Source of the DNA: Candidatus Latescibacterota bacterium | Lineage (GTDB): Bacteria; Latescibacterota; UBA2968; UBA8231 | NCBI GenBank assembly: GCA_965223905.1 | Contig: CBDCXV010000009.1 | Coordinates: forward strand, 593,106 to 625,105 | Length of the DNA stretch: 32,000 nt | Reading direction: 5' to 3' | Shown: one piece after another, positions 9,759 to 19,317 of the stretch | Position numbering within the stretch: the stretch's first letter is position 1 | How the letters are laid out: each line of letters starts with the position of its first letter | Program-made: the position numbers and the translations under genes | Notes under the pieces: model-generated | The model's database searches: none | The model's input: the letters and a program-made list of their open reading frames with translations, nothing else | What the model was told of the DNA's origin: nothing

Positions 9759-11036
9759 CTACAGAAAGTCCGGGATGATCTCGTTTTCCAGCATCTGCTC
9801 GAGCGTCTGCCGCCGGCGCAGAAGATGCAGACCGCCGGATTTGTCGAGCAGGACCTCGGGAGCTTCCGGGAAGGAATTGTAGTTCTTGGCCGCCATGCCG
9901 GAGCAGTAGGCGCCGCTGCCGCCGATGACGACGGCGTCGCCGATGTGGGCCTCGGTAAACGGACGCGGCTGCAGGCCCTCGGGATTTCCCGTTTCCGGGG
10001 TCAGGACATCGCCGCTTTCGCAGCAGTGGCCGACCACCAGGTACTGCGCGCGCGCCCTCGGCTCCTCCGAGGCCGGGACAACGGCGATCGGGTGCTGGGC
10101 TCCGTACATGCTGGGCCGCAGCACTTCCGTCATTCCGGAGTCGACCTTGATGAACGAGTACCCCTCCTTGCCGGTATTCACGACATCGACGACGGAGCAG
10201 ACGATCGCCCCGGCGTTGGCTGTGAAATAGGTACCCGGCTCGATCTCGAGATGCAGCCGTCTGCCGGAATTGGCGGCAAAACGTCGGAACTCTTCCGCCA
10301 CCGGCTCGCCGGCCACCGCCAGATCTGTGGAGACCTCGCCGGGGACGCGGCCCACCTTGAAGCCTCCGCCGAGGTTGACGGTGGCTACCTCGGGCAGCAG
10401 GGCGGCGATACCGAGGGTCATCCGGGCGCAGCGCTGCCAGACCTCAGGATCGCTGCCGGACCCGATGTGTGAGTGGAGCAGACTTATGCGCAGGCGGTGG
10501 TCGCGCTGCAGGGCCTCGACCTGGTCGAGGTGTGCGTGCCAGATGCCGAAACTGGCGGAAGGGCCGCCGACGTTGGTGCGGTTGCTGTTGCCCGAACCGA
10601 GTCCCGGGTTGAAACGCACCCCGAGTTCGCCGCCGGGAAAGCGGCTCCCGAAACATGCGAGCTGGTGCAGGGAACAGGCGTTGAAGCGGATTCCCATGGA
10701 GACCAAGTCATCGAAATCGTCGGGCAGTTGCTGCGCGGTCAGAAGAATCTGCTCAGGCTCCACGCCCGCCTCGAGAGCGCGGCGGACCTCCCATCCGCTG
10801 CTGGCGTCGATCTGCAGTCCGGCCCGGTTCAGCACCCGGATGACCCCGGCATTCGGGCAGGCTTTCATCGCGTAGCGCACCGTAAGGCCGAAAGCGTTGG
10901 GAAACTCGAGCGCCGCCCGGGCCTGGGATTCGAGGGCGTTCTGGTCGTAGACGAACACCGGGGTGCCGAAACGGCCGCGGATGTTGCGAACCTGCTCCTC
11001 ATCGAGAAACGAACCGGTCGTCGGGGAACTGTTCAT
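9759..11036 (-). CDS. Type III PLP-dependent decarboxylase, diaminopimelate decarboxylase family
   Basis: 'YAMKACPN' (PLP lysine), 'HSHIGSG', 'GGGF', 'EIEPGTYF' and 'CESGD' match Orn/DAP/Arg decarboxylase family 2 motifs. The CESGD motif favours a DAP-decarboxylase-like enzyme. Confidence 0.75.
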   Translation of the reverse strand: MNSSPTTGSFLDEEQVRNIRGRFGTPVFVYDQNALESQARAALEFPNAFGLTVRYAMKACPNAGVIRVLNRAGLQIDASSGWEVRRALEAGVEPEQILLTAQQLPDDFDDLVSMGIRFNACSLHQLACFGSRFPGGELGVRFNPGLGSGNSNRTNVGGPSASFGIWHAHLDQVEALQRDHRLRISLLHSHIGSGSDPEVWQRCARMTLGIAALLPEVATVNLGGGFKVGRVPGEVSTDLAVAGEPVAEEFRRFAANSGRRLHLEIEPGTYFTANAGAIVCSVVDVVNTGKEGYSFIKVDSGMTEVLRPSMYGAQHPIAVVPASEEPRARAQYLVVGHCCESGDVLTPETGNPEGLQPRPFTEAHIGDAVVIGGSGAYCSGMAAKNYNSFPEAPEVLLDKSGGLHLLRRRQTLEQMLENEIIPDFL

Positions 11037-11124
11037 GAGTGTCGTATCTTACTATTTTTATTGAACGTTGGTTCCTTTTTGGGCATCGTTCGAGTATCGT
11101 CCAGGGCTTCGACTCCGTCAAGAC

Positions 11125-12948
11125 ATGGCCGTCCACATTCTCGGGATTTCCGCCTTCTACCACGACAGCGCCGCATGCCTGGTGCGCGACGGCGAGATCA
11201 TCGCCGCGGCCCAGGAAGAACGTTTTTCGCGGGTGAAGCACGACCCCGATTTCCCCTCGCAGGCGGTTCGCTACTGTCTCCGCGAAGGCGGGATCGGGGC
11301 GGCAGATCTCGAATGCGTCGGTTTTTACGACAAGCCGCTCCTGACCTTCGAGCGCCTGCTCGAAACCCATCTCAGCACGGCGCCGCTGGGCATCCGGCTG
11401 TTCTGGAAGTCGATGCAGGTGTGGCTCAAGAAGAAGCTCTGGATCCCGCAGCTGATTCAAAAGGAACTAGGCCGCGACGTTCCCGTCCTGTTCGGCTACC
11501 ACCACGAGTCGCACGCGGCCAGCGCCTTCTATCCCTCCCCCTTTGACGAGGCCGCCATCATCACCCTCGACGGAGTGGGTGAGTGGACGACGACGAGCTA
11601 CGGCTTCGGGCGCGGCGCCGAGGTGCACTCGCTGGCCGAGATGAACTTCCCGCATTCGCTGGGACTTCTCTACAGCGCCCTGACCTATTTCGCCGGCTTC
11701 AAGCCGAACTCGGGAGAGTACAAGCTCATGGGGTTGGCCCCCTACGGTGAGCCTAAGTACGCCGGGCGTCTCCTCGACCAGGTGATCGACCTCGCACCCG
11801 ACGGTTCGTTCCGCCTCGACATGAAGTTCTTCAACTTCCTGTCCGGCCTTACCATGACCTCGCCTGCGATGGCCGACCTCCTCGACGGTCCCCCCAGGCC
11901 CGCGGAGAGCCTGATCACCCAACGGGAAATGGATATCGCCCGCTCCTGCCAGGTGGTGACCGAGGAGGTGATGCTGCGAATGGCCCGGCAGGCGCACGCC
12001 GAGACCGGCATGTCGAAGCTCTGTCTGGCGGGCGGTGTGGCATTGAATTGCGTCGGCAACGGTCGCATCCTGCGCGAGGGACCATTCGGCGACATCTGGG
12101 TCCAGCCTGCCGCCGGGGATGCCGGGGGAGCGCTTGGCGTAGCACTGTCGATATGGCATCGCCACCTCGGCAACGGGCGCACCGCGGACGGCGCACGCGA
12201 TAGCATGAAGGGAGCCCACCTTGGCCCGGCTTACGGGGACGAGGAGATCGCCGACTATCTCGAACGCGTCGAGGCCCCGGCCCGGCGCCGGTCCGCGGAG
12301 GAGCTTTCTGCGGAGGTCGCCGAGCTCCTCGACGAAGGCATGGTGATCGGCTGGTTCTGCGGCCGCATGGAGTTCGGGCCACGGGCCCTCGGGGCCAGAA
12401 GCATCCTCGGGGATCCGCGCTCACCAAGCATGCAGTCCCGGATGAATCTCAAGATCAAGTACCGCGAGAGCTTTCGGCCCTTCGCTCCGAGCGTGCTGCG
12501 CGAGCACGTCGCCGACTACTTCGAACTCGATGCCGACTCACCCTACATGCTGATAGTCGCGCCGGTGCGGGAAGATCGGCGCCTCCCGATAACGGAAGAA
12601 CAGCGCCAACTCTTCGGAATCGAGCGGCTGAAGGTCCCGCGTTCCGAGATCCCGGCAGTCACCCATGTCGACTACTCGGCGCGCATACAGACGGTGTCGC
12701 GCGAGGACAATCCCCCCTATTACGACCTCATCCGGGCTTTTTTCAGCCGTACAGGCTGCCCTCTGGTAGTAAACACTTCGTTCAATGTTCGCGGCGAGCC
12801 GATAGTCAATACCCCGGAAGAGGCCTACCGCTGTTTCATGCGCACCGAGATGGACTACCTGGTACTCGGCAGCTTCCTCATCGACAAGCGGGAGCAGCCG
12901 GCCTGGGAAGAGGAGCAGTCCTGGCAGCAGGAGTTCGCACCGGACTGA
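11125..12948 (+). CDS. Carbamoyltransferase, NodU/CmcH/SxtI family
   Basis: 'ILGISAFYHDSAACLVRDGEIIAAAQEERFSRVKHD' is the Kae1-like N-domain signature of this family. Start chosen at ATG 11125 (607 aa). Confidence 0.85.
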   Translation: MAVHILGISAFYHDSAACLVRDGEIIAAAQEERFSRVKHDPDFPSQAVRYCLREGGIGAADLECVGFYDKPLLTFERLLETHLSTAPLGIRLFWKSMQVWLKKKLWIPQLIQKELGRDVPVLFGYHHESHAASAFYPSPFDEAAIITLDGVGEWTTTSYGFGRGAEVHSLAEMNFPHSLGLLYSALTYFAGFKPNSGEYKLMGLAPYGEPKYAGRLLDQVIDLAPDGSFRLDMKFFNFLSGLTMTSPAMADLLDGPPRPAESLITQREMDIARSCQVVTEEVMLRMARQAHAETGMSKLCLAGGVALNCVGNGRILREGPFGDIWVQPAAGDAGGALGVALSIWHRHLGNGRTADGARDSMKGAHLGPAYGDEEIADYLERVEAPARRRSAEELSAEVAELLDEGMVIGWFCGRMEFGPRALGARSILGDPRSPSMQSRMNLKIKYRESFRPFAPSVLREHVADYFELDADSPYMLIVAPVREDRRLPITEEQRQLFGIERLKVPRSEIPAVTHVDYSARIQTVSREDNPPYYDLIRAFFSRTGCPLVVNTSFNVRGEPIVNTPEEAYRCFMRTEMDYLVLGSFLIDKREQPAWEEEQSWQQEFAPD

Positions 12949-13433
12949 TGCCGGCCACGAACGGGGGCCCAGCCGCGAAGGGGAAGCATTCCTTCTGGAG
13001 GATTCCGGCGCCTGCCCCGGGGCAGCTGCGCAGCTTTGGATTACTGATGGGGGCCGCCAGCGCCTGTGCAGGAGGGGGACTGTGGTTCCTTCAGTCACTG
13101 CCGGAGGCGCTGTGGGCCGGAGGCCTGGCCGTCTGGCTGCTGGCATGCGCCCTGTTCTGGCAAGGGCCGCTACGGCCTCTCTACCTCGTCTGGATGACGC
13201 TGGCAAAAGTCCTGGGGTTCGTCAACTCCCACCTGCTTCTTGCCCTGGTTTTCTACTCGATTTTCACCGCGATCGGGCTGATCATGCGCCTGGTGCGCTA
13301 CGATCCCCTGCAGAAAGCCGGTTCCGAGGAGATGGAGCATGGCCCGATCGACAGCGGCGAAGGCGAGAGGTCCTACTGGTTGAAGCGGGAGAATCCACTG
13401 CACTCCCGCGACCATTTCCAGCGTCAGTTCTGA
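12948..13433 (+). CDS. SxtJ-family small membrane protein
   Basis: The ATG overlaps the carbamoyltransferase stop (TGATG). It has two or three TM segments. The C-terminus 'GLIMRLVRYDPL...SYWLKRE...FQRQF' resembles my recollection of SxtJ homologs that follow such carbamoyltransferases. Confidence 0.6.
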   Translation: MPATNGGPAAKGKHSFWRIPAPAPGQLRSFGLLMGAASACAGGGLWFLQSLPEALWAGGLAVWLLACALFWQGPLRPLYLVWMTLAKVLGFVNSHLLLALVFYSIFTAIGLIMRLVRYDPLQKAGSEEMEHGPIDSGEGERSYWLKRENPLHSRDHFQRQF

Positions 13434-13511
13434 ACGCGCGAGCAGTCGTAACTGTTTCTCCAGCTTGGCTCTACGCGGGCATTGGAGGGCTGCGCGCCAC
13501 CCTCGACGCTG

Positions 13512-13540
13512 TTGAAACCATGCGCCGGTCCGATTATATT
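13512..13540 (+). promoter_or_regulatory. Sigma70-type promoter candidate upstream of tadA
   Basis: TTGAAA (13512-13517), a 17-nt spacer, then TATATT (13535-13540). It sits in a locally AT-richer patch about 70 nt upstream of the tadA ATG. Confidence 0.45.
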
Positions 13541-13610
13541 AACTCCCCTTTGGAAGCCTTCTTCCCCAGCCCCCTCAGCGGCTGTACCAGGGCAAGGGGG
13601 CAGTCGAACG

Positions 13611-14090
13611 ATGACGTCGGAAGCAGCTGATAAGGACGGGCTCGATCGGCATTGGATGAGGGAGGCCGTCGAGTTGGCCGAGAGGGCGGCGGGTGCTGCG
13701 GAAGTTCCGGTCGGAGCCGTGCTCGTCAGCGGCGACAGGATAATCGGGCGGGGCTCCAACCGCGTAGAATCGACTCGCGATCCGACGGCACATGCCGAGA
13801 TGATCGCAATCCGCCAGGCGGTTTCCGCCGTCGGTTCTCGACACCTTGACGATACTGTGTTGTATGTAACCCTGGAGCCCTGCGCCATGTGTGCCGGGGC
13901 TCTGGTCCTGGCACGCGTGTCGCGGCTGGTTTTCGGAGTTTGCGACCCGAAAGCCGGCGCCTGTGGAAGTGTCAGGGATGTCGTCCGGGATCCCCGCATG
14001 AACCACACATGCGAGGTGCGCGGGGGCGTGTTGCAGGCGGAATGCAGCGCCATTCTCAGGTGCTTTTTCCGGCAGCTGAGGAAGGGGTGA
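13611..14090 (+). CDS. tadA: tRNA adenosine(34) deaminase
   Basis: Zinc-binding deaminase motifs 'HAEMIAIRQA' and 'TLEPCAMCAGAL'. Size about 159 aa from ATG 13611. Confidence 0.9.
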   Translation: MTSEAADKDGLDRHWMREAVELAERAAGAAEVPVGAVLVSGDRIIGRGSNRVESTRDPTAHAEMIAIRQAVSAVGSRHLDDTVLYVTLEPCAMCAGALVLARVSRLVFGVCDPKAGACGSVRDVVRDPRMNHTCEVRGGVLQAECSAILRCFFRQLRKG

Positions 14091-14107
14091 AGGCAGGGAT
14101 TGATTTT

Positions 14108-14194
14108 GGAGAGGTGCCTGAGTGGACGAAAGGGGCGGTCTCGAAAACCGTTGTGGCCGTCAGGTCACCGTGGGTTCGAATCCCACCCTCTCCG
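14108..14194 (+). tRNA. tRNA-Ser (anticodon CGA), 87 nt, no encoded CCA
   Basis: Acceptor GGAGAGG/CCTCTCC, anticodon loop CT-CGA-AA, long variable arm (GTGGCC-GTCA-GGTCAC), T-loop GGTTCGAATCC, discriminator G. Confidence 0.9.
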
Positions 14195-14269
14195 GAGATT
14201 GTATCAAACAGAGTACCGGCTGTCGCCCGACAGCGGCAGGCAGTCGGGTCGTCGTCAAGCCGAAGCGTC

Positions 14270-14360
<91 letters not shown>

Positions 14361-14376
14361 GCATGGAGGGGTGCGT

Positions 14377-14452
14377 GGGGCAGTAGCTCAGTAGGGAGAG
14401 CGCCAGGTTCGCAATCTGGAGGTCGTGGGTTCGATTCCCATCTGCTCCACCA
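14377..14452 (+). tRNA. tRNA-Ala (anticodon CGC), 76 nt including encoded CCA
   Basis: Acceptor GGGGCAG/CTGCTCC carrying the G3:U70 alanine identity pair, anticodon loop TT-CGC-AA, T-loop GGTTCGATTCC, then ACCA. Confidence 0.9.
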
Positions 14453-14494
14453 ATTTCTTTGCCGCATTCCGTATTTCGTCCCGCCCGTTTCTCG

Positions 14495-14797
14495 TCTGTC
14501 GGCGGGGCATTGAGCATCAGGTCGTGCTAGATGGGGAGTTAGCGGTGCCCTGTGACCCGCAATCCGCTACAGCGGGATCGAAGTCCCATCCGAGGCCCCA
14601 GCGTCTCACAATCGTCCGATGAGAAGTGGCGTCGAAAGCCAGATTCCGCGCAACGGAAGGTTTCCAAACTCCGTCAGGACCGGAAGGTAGCAGCGGTAGG
14701 AACGCCATTGCGTGTGCCGCGGAGCCGTCTGGCTGGAGCCAACTGGCATCGGCCGAAACGGAGGCCGGGTTCGAAGATGGGTGCACGACCTTTTTTT
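14495..14797 (+). ncRNA. ffs: Signal recognition particle RNA, long (Bacillus-type, Alu-domain-containing) form; ends approximate
   Basis: Domain IV core 'GTCAGGACCGGAAGGTAGCAGC' includes the GGAA tetraloop. The 5' 'GTGCTAGATGGGGAGTTAGCGGTGCCCTGTGACCCGCAATCCGCT' resembles the B. subtilis scRNA Alu domain as I recall it. The terminal helix GGTCGTGC (14520-27) pairs with GCACGACC (14783-90) and is followed by T7. Its position between tadA and dnaX matches B. subtilis. Confidence 0.8.
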
Positions 14798-14820
14798 AAC
14801 CCGAAGAATCGCGACCCGAA

Positions 14821-16449
14821 ATGACGTACCAGGTTACCGCCCGGAAATGGCGGCCCCAGACCTTTGCCGAGGTGGTCGGCCAAGAGCACATCACGGCGAC
14901 GCTGACCAATGCCCTCGACACCGGGCGGATCGCCCACTGCTACCTGTTTTGCGGTCCTCGCGGGGTCGGCAAGACCACCACGGCCCGGATTCTCGCCAAG
15001 GCACTCAACTGCGGCAACCGCCGCGGAGCCGATCCCTGCCAGGAGTGCCCTGCCTGCATCAGCATCACCGACGGAACCAGCATGGACGTGCTGGAGATCG
15101 ACGGGGCCTCCAACAACAGCGTCGACGATGTCCGCGAGTTACGCGAGATCGTCCGCTACGTTCCCACCGCCGGCTCACACAAGATCTACATCATCGACGA
15201 AGTACACATGCTGTCCACGGCGGCCTTCAACGCCCTCCTGAAGACACTCGAAGAGCCCCCGAAGCGGGTCGTGTTCGTCTTCGCGACCACCGAGGTTCAG
15301 GATGTGCCCGACACGATTATTTCCCGTTGCCAGCGTTTCAATTTCCGCCGCATTCCAGCCGGGCGCATAGCAGAGCACCTGCGGATGATCGCCGAGGCAG
15401 ACGGCATCTCCGCGGATCAGGAAGCCCTCTACCTGCTGGCCCAACGCGCCGACGGGGCGCTCCGGGACGCCGAGAGCCTTATGGATCAAGTCGCCTCGTT
15501 CGAACGCAACAGCGTGACCCCGGGGGGCGTCAGGCAGGTACTGGGGCTGGTCGACCGCAGTGCCTATTTCGAACTCTCCGACGCCGTAGTCAACGGCGAC
15601 GGCGGTCGCGTTCTCGACGCGATAGCGACGGCAGCGGAGGAGGGGACCGATCTCGAGGAGTTCATCAAGGGATTCAGCGAACACGTCGGGCAATGGCTGT
15701 CGATTCGGGTGCAAGGCAGCGCGGACAGGCTCGAGATCGCCGATGTCGAGAAGGCCCGCTTCGAGCAGCTCGCTCCTCGTCTCCCGGAAGAGGACATTCT
15801 GCGCATCCTCAAGGCGCTGCTGGACCTCGAGGCGGAACTTCGGCGTTCGGTCCAACCTCGCTTTCGAGTCGAAATGACGCTGGTCCGCTTGTCCCGCATG
15901 GGCCGCAGCATGGAAGTCGGAGAGTTGCTGCGCAAGGTTCGGGATATGGCCGGAGACGAGGGCCGGCCAGCTGCAACCGGGATGAACCGGACCGCCGAGG
16001 CCTCGAGGGATGAGACACAGCCCAGGCGCCAGGTCCCTCCGGAAGCGGCTGAGGCCGCGCCTGAGTCAGGAGGGACAGCGGAAGCCGCGGTCGAAGCCCC
16101 GGCGCCGAGCCTGGAGGCGATCCGCGCCTGCTGGGTCCAGGTTGTAGCCAGTCTCAAGCAGGAACAGCCCGGCACGGCCACCTCCCTTGCGGAGGCGCGG
16201 CTGGACAGGCTCGAAGGCTCGACCCTGCAGCTGCTGTTTCCCCCTGAAGCCGGCTTCCAGAAAGGCCGGGTCGACAAGAACCGCGCTGCGGTGGAGAAAG
16301 CTTTGTCGGCGAAGACAGGACAGCCTCTGCGCATTCGCTGCGAGTTGGGCGAGCAACCGGAAGCGGCTGTCGAGAAAGCCGAAGAAACTCCGGCGGATCA
16401 CCCGAAGATACGCGCGGTCCTCGACGCTTTCGACGGGGAGTTGGTGTAG
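14821..16449 (+). CDS. dnaX: DNA polymerase III subunits gamma/tau
   Basis: 'ARKWRPQTFAEVVGQEHI', Walker A 'GPRGVGKTT', 'IIDEVHML' and 'TIISRCQRF'. Length is 542 aa. Confidence 0.95.
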   Translation: MTYQVTARKWRPQTFAEVVGQEHITATLTNALDTGRIAHCYLFCGPRGVGKTTTARILAKALNCGNRRGADPCQECPACISITDGTSMDVLEIDGASNNSVDDVRELREIVRYVPTAGSHKIYIIDEVHMLSTAAFNALLKTLEEPPKRVVFVFATTEVQDVPDTIISRCQRFNFRRIPAGRIAEHLRMIAEADGISADQEALYLLAQRADGALRDAESLMDQVASFERNSVTPGGVRQVLGLVDRSAYFELSDAVVNGDGGRVLDAIATAAEEGTDLEEFIKGFSEHVGQWLSIRVQGSADRLEIADVEKARFEQLAPRLPEEDILRILKALLDLEAELRRSVQPRFRVEMTLVRLSRMGRSMEVGELLRKVRDMAGDEGRPAATGMNRTAEASRDETQPRRQVPPEAAEAAPESGGTAEAAVEAPAPSLEAIRACWVQVVASLKQEQPGTATSLAEARLDRLEGSTLQLLFPPEAGFQKGRVDKNRAAVEKALSAKTGQPLRIRCELGEQPEAAVEKAEETPADHPKIRAVLDAFDGELV

Positions 16450-16463
16450 GGTCTGGAGACGGT

Positions 16464-17060
16464 ATGGGACCTGAGGCATTGGAAGAGATGATTTCGGCAT
16501 TCGCCCGTCTTCCCGGGATAGGACGCAAGACCGCTCAGCGGCTGGCCTTTCATCTCATCAAGAGGCCGCCGCGGGAGGCGGAGACCCTGGCGACGGCAAT
16601 CGTCAACGGGCGCAGCGGCATTCAGTACTGCGAAAAATGCTATAATTTCACTGACAAAGGGGAGATCGCCTGCGCGATCTGCCGGGATGGGACCCGCGAC
16701 CCGGGGATCATCTGCGTAGTCGAGGAGGCGAGTCATGTGCTCGTCCTGGAGCGCAGCCGCCTGTTCACCGGTATATATCACGTTCTCGGAGGGGCCCTGT
16801 CGCCGCTCGACGGCATCGGGCCGGGTGATTTGCGCATCGACGAACTGGTGTCCCGGGTAAGCACGCAGCAGGTAACGGAGGTGATTCTCGCCAACAATGC
16901 CAGCGCCGAGGGGGAGGCGACGGCAGAGTACATCCAGCGCAAGCTCGGGCAGCTCACCGTGGTCTCCAGGCTGGCGCGCGGGTTGCCGGTCGGGTCGGAT
17001 CTGGATCTCGCCGACAAGGTCACGCTGGCACACGCCCTTCAGGGGCGGCGCACCTTCTGA
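16464..17060 (+). CDS. recR: Recombination protein RecR
   Basis: 'LPGIGRKTAQRLAFHL' helix-hairpin-helix, a C4 zinc finger 'CEKC...CAIC', and a Toprim region. Length is 198 aa. Confidence 0.95.
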   Translation: MGPEALEEMISAFARLPGIGRKTAQRLAFHLIKRPPREAETLATAIVNGRSGIQYCEKCYNFTDKGEIACAICRDGTRDPGIICVVEEASHVLVLERSRLFTGIYHVLGGALSPLDGIGPGDLRIDELVSRVSTQQVTEVILANNASAEGEATAEYIQRKLGQLTVVSRLARGLPVGSDLDLADKVTLAHALQGRRTF

Positions 17061-17069
17061 CTGAAATCC

Positions 17070-17693
17070 GTGCCATCGCGGACAGATTTGCTCATGGCAA
17101 TTCGAGAGATTGCAAACGTCCCGAACCTGCTGACGATCTCCAGGATCTTCCTGACGCCGCTGTTCCTGGCGATGCTGTTTGCGGACACCTGGTACTGGCG
17201 AAGCATGGCCTGCGTCGTGTTCGCTCTGGCCTCGGTCACGGATTTCTACGACGGCCGCATGGCGAGGTCCAACAACCGGGTGACCGATTTCGGCCGCTTC
17301 ATGGATCCACTGGCTGACAAGATCCTGGTTACGTCGGCACTGATCGCCCTGGTGCTGGGCCGCATCGTTCACTACTGGCTCGTTCTTCCGATTGTAGTGC
17401 GAGACATCATCATCACGGGGATGCGCCTCTACGGGGTCTACCACGGGCGTCAGATGGAGACCTCCAGGCTGGCCAAGTGGAAGACCTTCGCGCAACTGCT
17501 GGCTGTCGTCATCATCCTGTTCGCGATCGGCCTTCAGGAAGTCTTCGGCCGCTTCGAGTGGGACCACCTGCTGCCGCTCGAGGAATCGCTGGTCCCCACC
17601 CTGTCGAACGGCCTGATGGCAGCGGTTCTCCTGCTTACGCTGGCCTCCGGCTTTCACTATTTTATCAGAATTGGGTACTCGGTTCGCTCTTGA
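17070..17693 (+). CDS. pgsA: CDP-diacylglycerol--glycerol-3-phosphate 3-phosphatidyltransferase
   Basis: CDP-alcohol phosphatidyltransferase motif 'DFYDGRMARSNNRVTDFGRFMDPLADK'. The protein is multi-TM. The start is either GTG 17070 or ATG 17094. Confidence 0.85.
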   Translation: MPSRTDLLMAIREIANVPNLLTISRIFLTPLFLAMLFADTWYWRSMACVVFALASVTDFYDGRMARSNNRVTDFGRFMDPLADKILVTSALIALVLGRIVHYWLVLPIVVRDIIITGMRLYGVYHGRQMETSRLAKWKTFAQLLAVVIILFAIGLQEVFGRFEWDHLLPLEESLVPTLSNGLMAAVLLLTLASGFHYFIRIGYSVRS

Positions 17694-18238
17694 GACGCGG
17701 CGAGTCCAGTCCCCGGACGAGACCAGGTCGCGGTCTCGTCCGAGCGATTGCCACCCTTCTCTACTCCGGCCATGCGCCGGTCGCTCCGGGAACCGCTGGG
17801 AGCGCGGTGACGGCGGTCGGCTACTACTTCCTCTGTCCTTCCCTGACGGCCGTACAATGGATACTCCTCCTGGTGGGGAGCTTGGCGGTGGCGGTATACA
17901 CCGCCGGCGTCATGGCCCGCGACTGGGGACCGGACCCCGGCCCGGTGGTCATCGACGAGTTCGTCGGCTATCTCGTCTCCGTGGCGTTCCTGCCGCACAG
18001 CATCTGGATCGCGGTCGCGGGATTCTTCCTCTTCAGGGCTCTTGATATAGTAAAACCTCCCCCGGCACGCCGTCTAGAGCGGCTGCCCGGAGGCTGGGGG
18101 ATCGTGCTGGACGACGTGGCGGCCGGGGTCTACTGCCAGTTGATCCTGTGGGCCGCAGTCATCGCCGGCGGCTGGCCCGAAGCACCGGAGATCGTCCAGG
18201 AAGCGGGGCACGCGTTATTGGAAACGCTTGGGGAATGA
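17690..18238 (+). CDS. pgpA: Phosphatidylglycerophosphatase A
   Basis: 'APGTAGSAV', 'VVIDEFVGY', 'FRALDIVKP' and '[15 protein letters not shown]' align with E. coli PgpA. The only start after the pgsA stop is TTG 17690, which overlaps that stop (TTGA), so the start is uncertain. Confidence 0.8.
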   Translation: MRRGESSPRTRPGRGLVRAIATLLYSGHAPVAPGTAGSAVTAVGYYFLCPSLTAVQWILLLVGSLAVAVYTAGVMARDWGPDPGPVVIDEFVGYLVSVAFLPHSIWIAVAGFFLFRALDIVKPPPARRLERLPGGWGIVLDDVAAGVYCQLILWAAVIAGGWPEAPEIVQEAGHALLETLGE

Positions 18239-18248
18239 CGTTCGAGCC

Positions 18249-19316
18249 ATGGCGAAAGAGAACGACAACAGTCAGGACAAGAAGGCCGGGGATCGGGAAA
18301 ACGCACTCGATCTCGCTCTCTCCCAGATCGAAAAGCAGCACGGCAAGGGGGCCGTCATGCGACTTGGGGAGCGAGGTGGTCGCGTAGATGTGGAAGCGAT
18401 ACCGAGCGGGTCCCTGGCCCTCGACCGGGCGCTCGGGATCGGGGGGTTTCCCAAAGGCCGCATCGTCGAGATCTACGGGCCCGAGGGATCGGGCAAGACG
18501 ATGGTCTCCCTGCACGTCGTACGGGAGGCGCAGAGAGAGGGTGGGACGGCCGCTTTCATCGACGCCGAGCACGCCCTCGACGTCGGCTTCGCGCGCCGCA
18601 TCGGCGTCGATGTCGACGGGCTCATCATCTCCCAGCCCGACAGCGGCGAGCAGGCGCTCGAAATAGTCGATACCCTGGTGCGTAGCGGGGCCTTCGATAT
18701 CATCGTCCTCGACTCGGTTGCGGCGCTCGTTCCCCAGGCCGAGCTCGACGGCGAAATGGGGGATTCGCACATGGGGCTGCAGGCGCGTCTGATGTCCCAG
18801 GCGCTGCGCAAGCTGGCCCCATCGATCAATCGCTCGCAGACCTGCGTGGTATTCATCAACCAGTTGCGCATGAAAATCGGAGTCATGTTCGGCAACCCGG
18901 AGACGACCACAGGCGGCAGGGCACTCGGTTTCTACGCCTCGCTCCGCCTGGACATCCGGCGCGTCGCCCAGATCAAGGACGGCGACGAAGCCGTCGGAAG
19001 CCGCACACGCGTCAAGGTGGTGAAGAACAAGCTGGCGCCCCCCTACCGGCAGGCGGAGTTCGACCTCTTCTTTCAGGGCGACCAGATCGGCATGTCGCGC
19101 GAGGGGGACATCGTCGACATCGGTGTCGACTGCGGGCTGATCCAAAAGAGCGGCACGTGGTTTTCCTACAACGGAGAACGTCTCGGCCAGGGTCGCGAGA
19201 ATGCCAAGGGGTTTCTCGCCGATAATGAAGAACTCGCCGCCGCCCTCGAGTCCCGGCTGCGGACGGAGCTGGGACTCGGCAACGGTTCGCCGCCGAACGC
19301 CGAATCAGGGGAGTGA
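18249..19316 (+). CDS. recA: Recombinase RecA
   Basis: '[23 protein letters not shown]', Walker A 'GPEGSGKT' and '[22 protein letters not shown]'. Confidence 0.97.
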   Translation: MAKENDNSQDKKAGDRENALDLALSQIEKQHGKGAVMRLGERGGRVDVEAIPSGSLALDRALGIGGFPKGRIVEIYGPEGSGKTMVSLHVVREAQREGGTAAFIDAEHALDVGFARRIGVDVDGLIISQPDSGEQALEIVDTLVRSGAFDIIVLDSVAALVPQAELDGEMGDSHMGLQARLMSQALRKLAPSINRSQTCVVFINQLRMKIGVMFGNPETTTGGRALGFYASLRLDIRRVAQIKDGDEAVGSRTRVKVVKNKLAPPYRQAEFDLFFQGDQIGMSREGDIVDIGVDCGLIQKSGTWFSYNGERLGQGRENAKGFLADNEELAAALESRLRTELGLGNGSPPNAESGE

Positions 19317-19317
19317 C

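Noticed and set aside
13434-13610. Small SxtK/DUF5989-type ORF expected after the SxtJ-like gene.
   Set aside because: All three forward frames were translated by eye. I found no short hydrophobic ORF with a plausible start and no '...APFIYTLF'-like C-terminus. The region is better explained as the tadA promoter and leader.
14821-16449. Programmed -1 frameshift site in dnaX producing a gamma subunit, as in E. coli (A AAA AAG).
   Set aside because: Reading through the gene, I saw no A-rich slippery heptamer and no run of six or more A residues.
16450-16463. ybaB/ebfC nucleoid-associated protein gene, usually located between dnaX and recR.
   Set aside because: Only 14 nt separate dnaX and recR, so there is no room for a gene. 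It is noted as an absence, not a feature.
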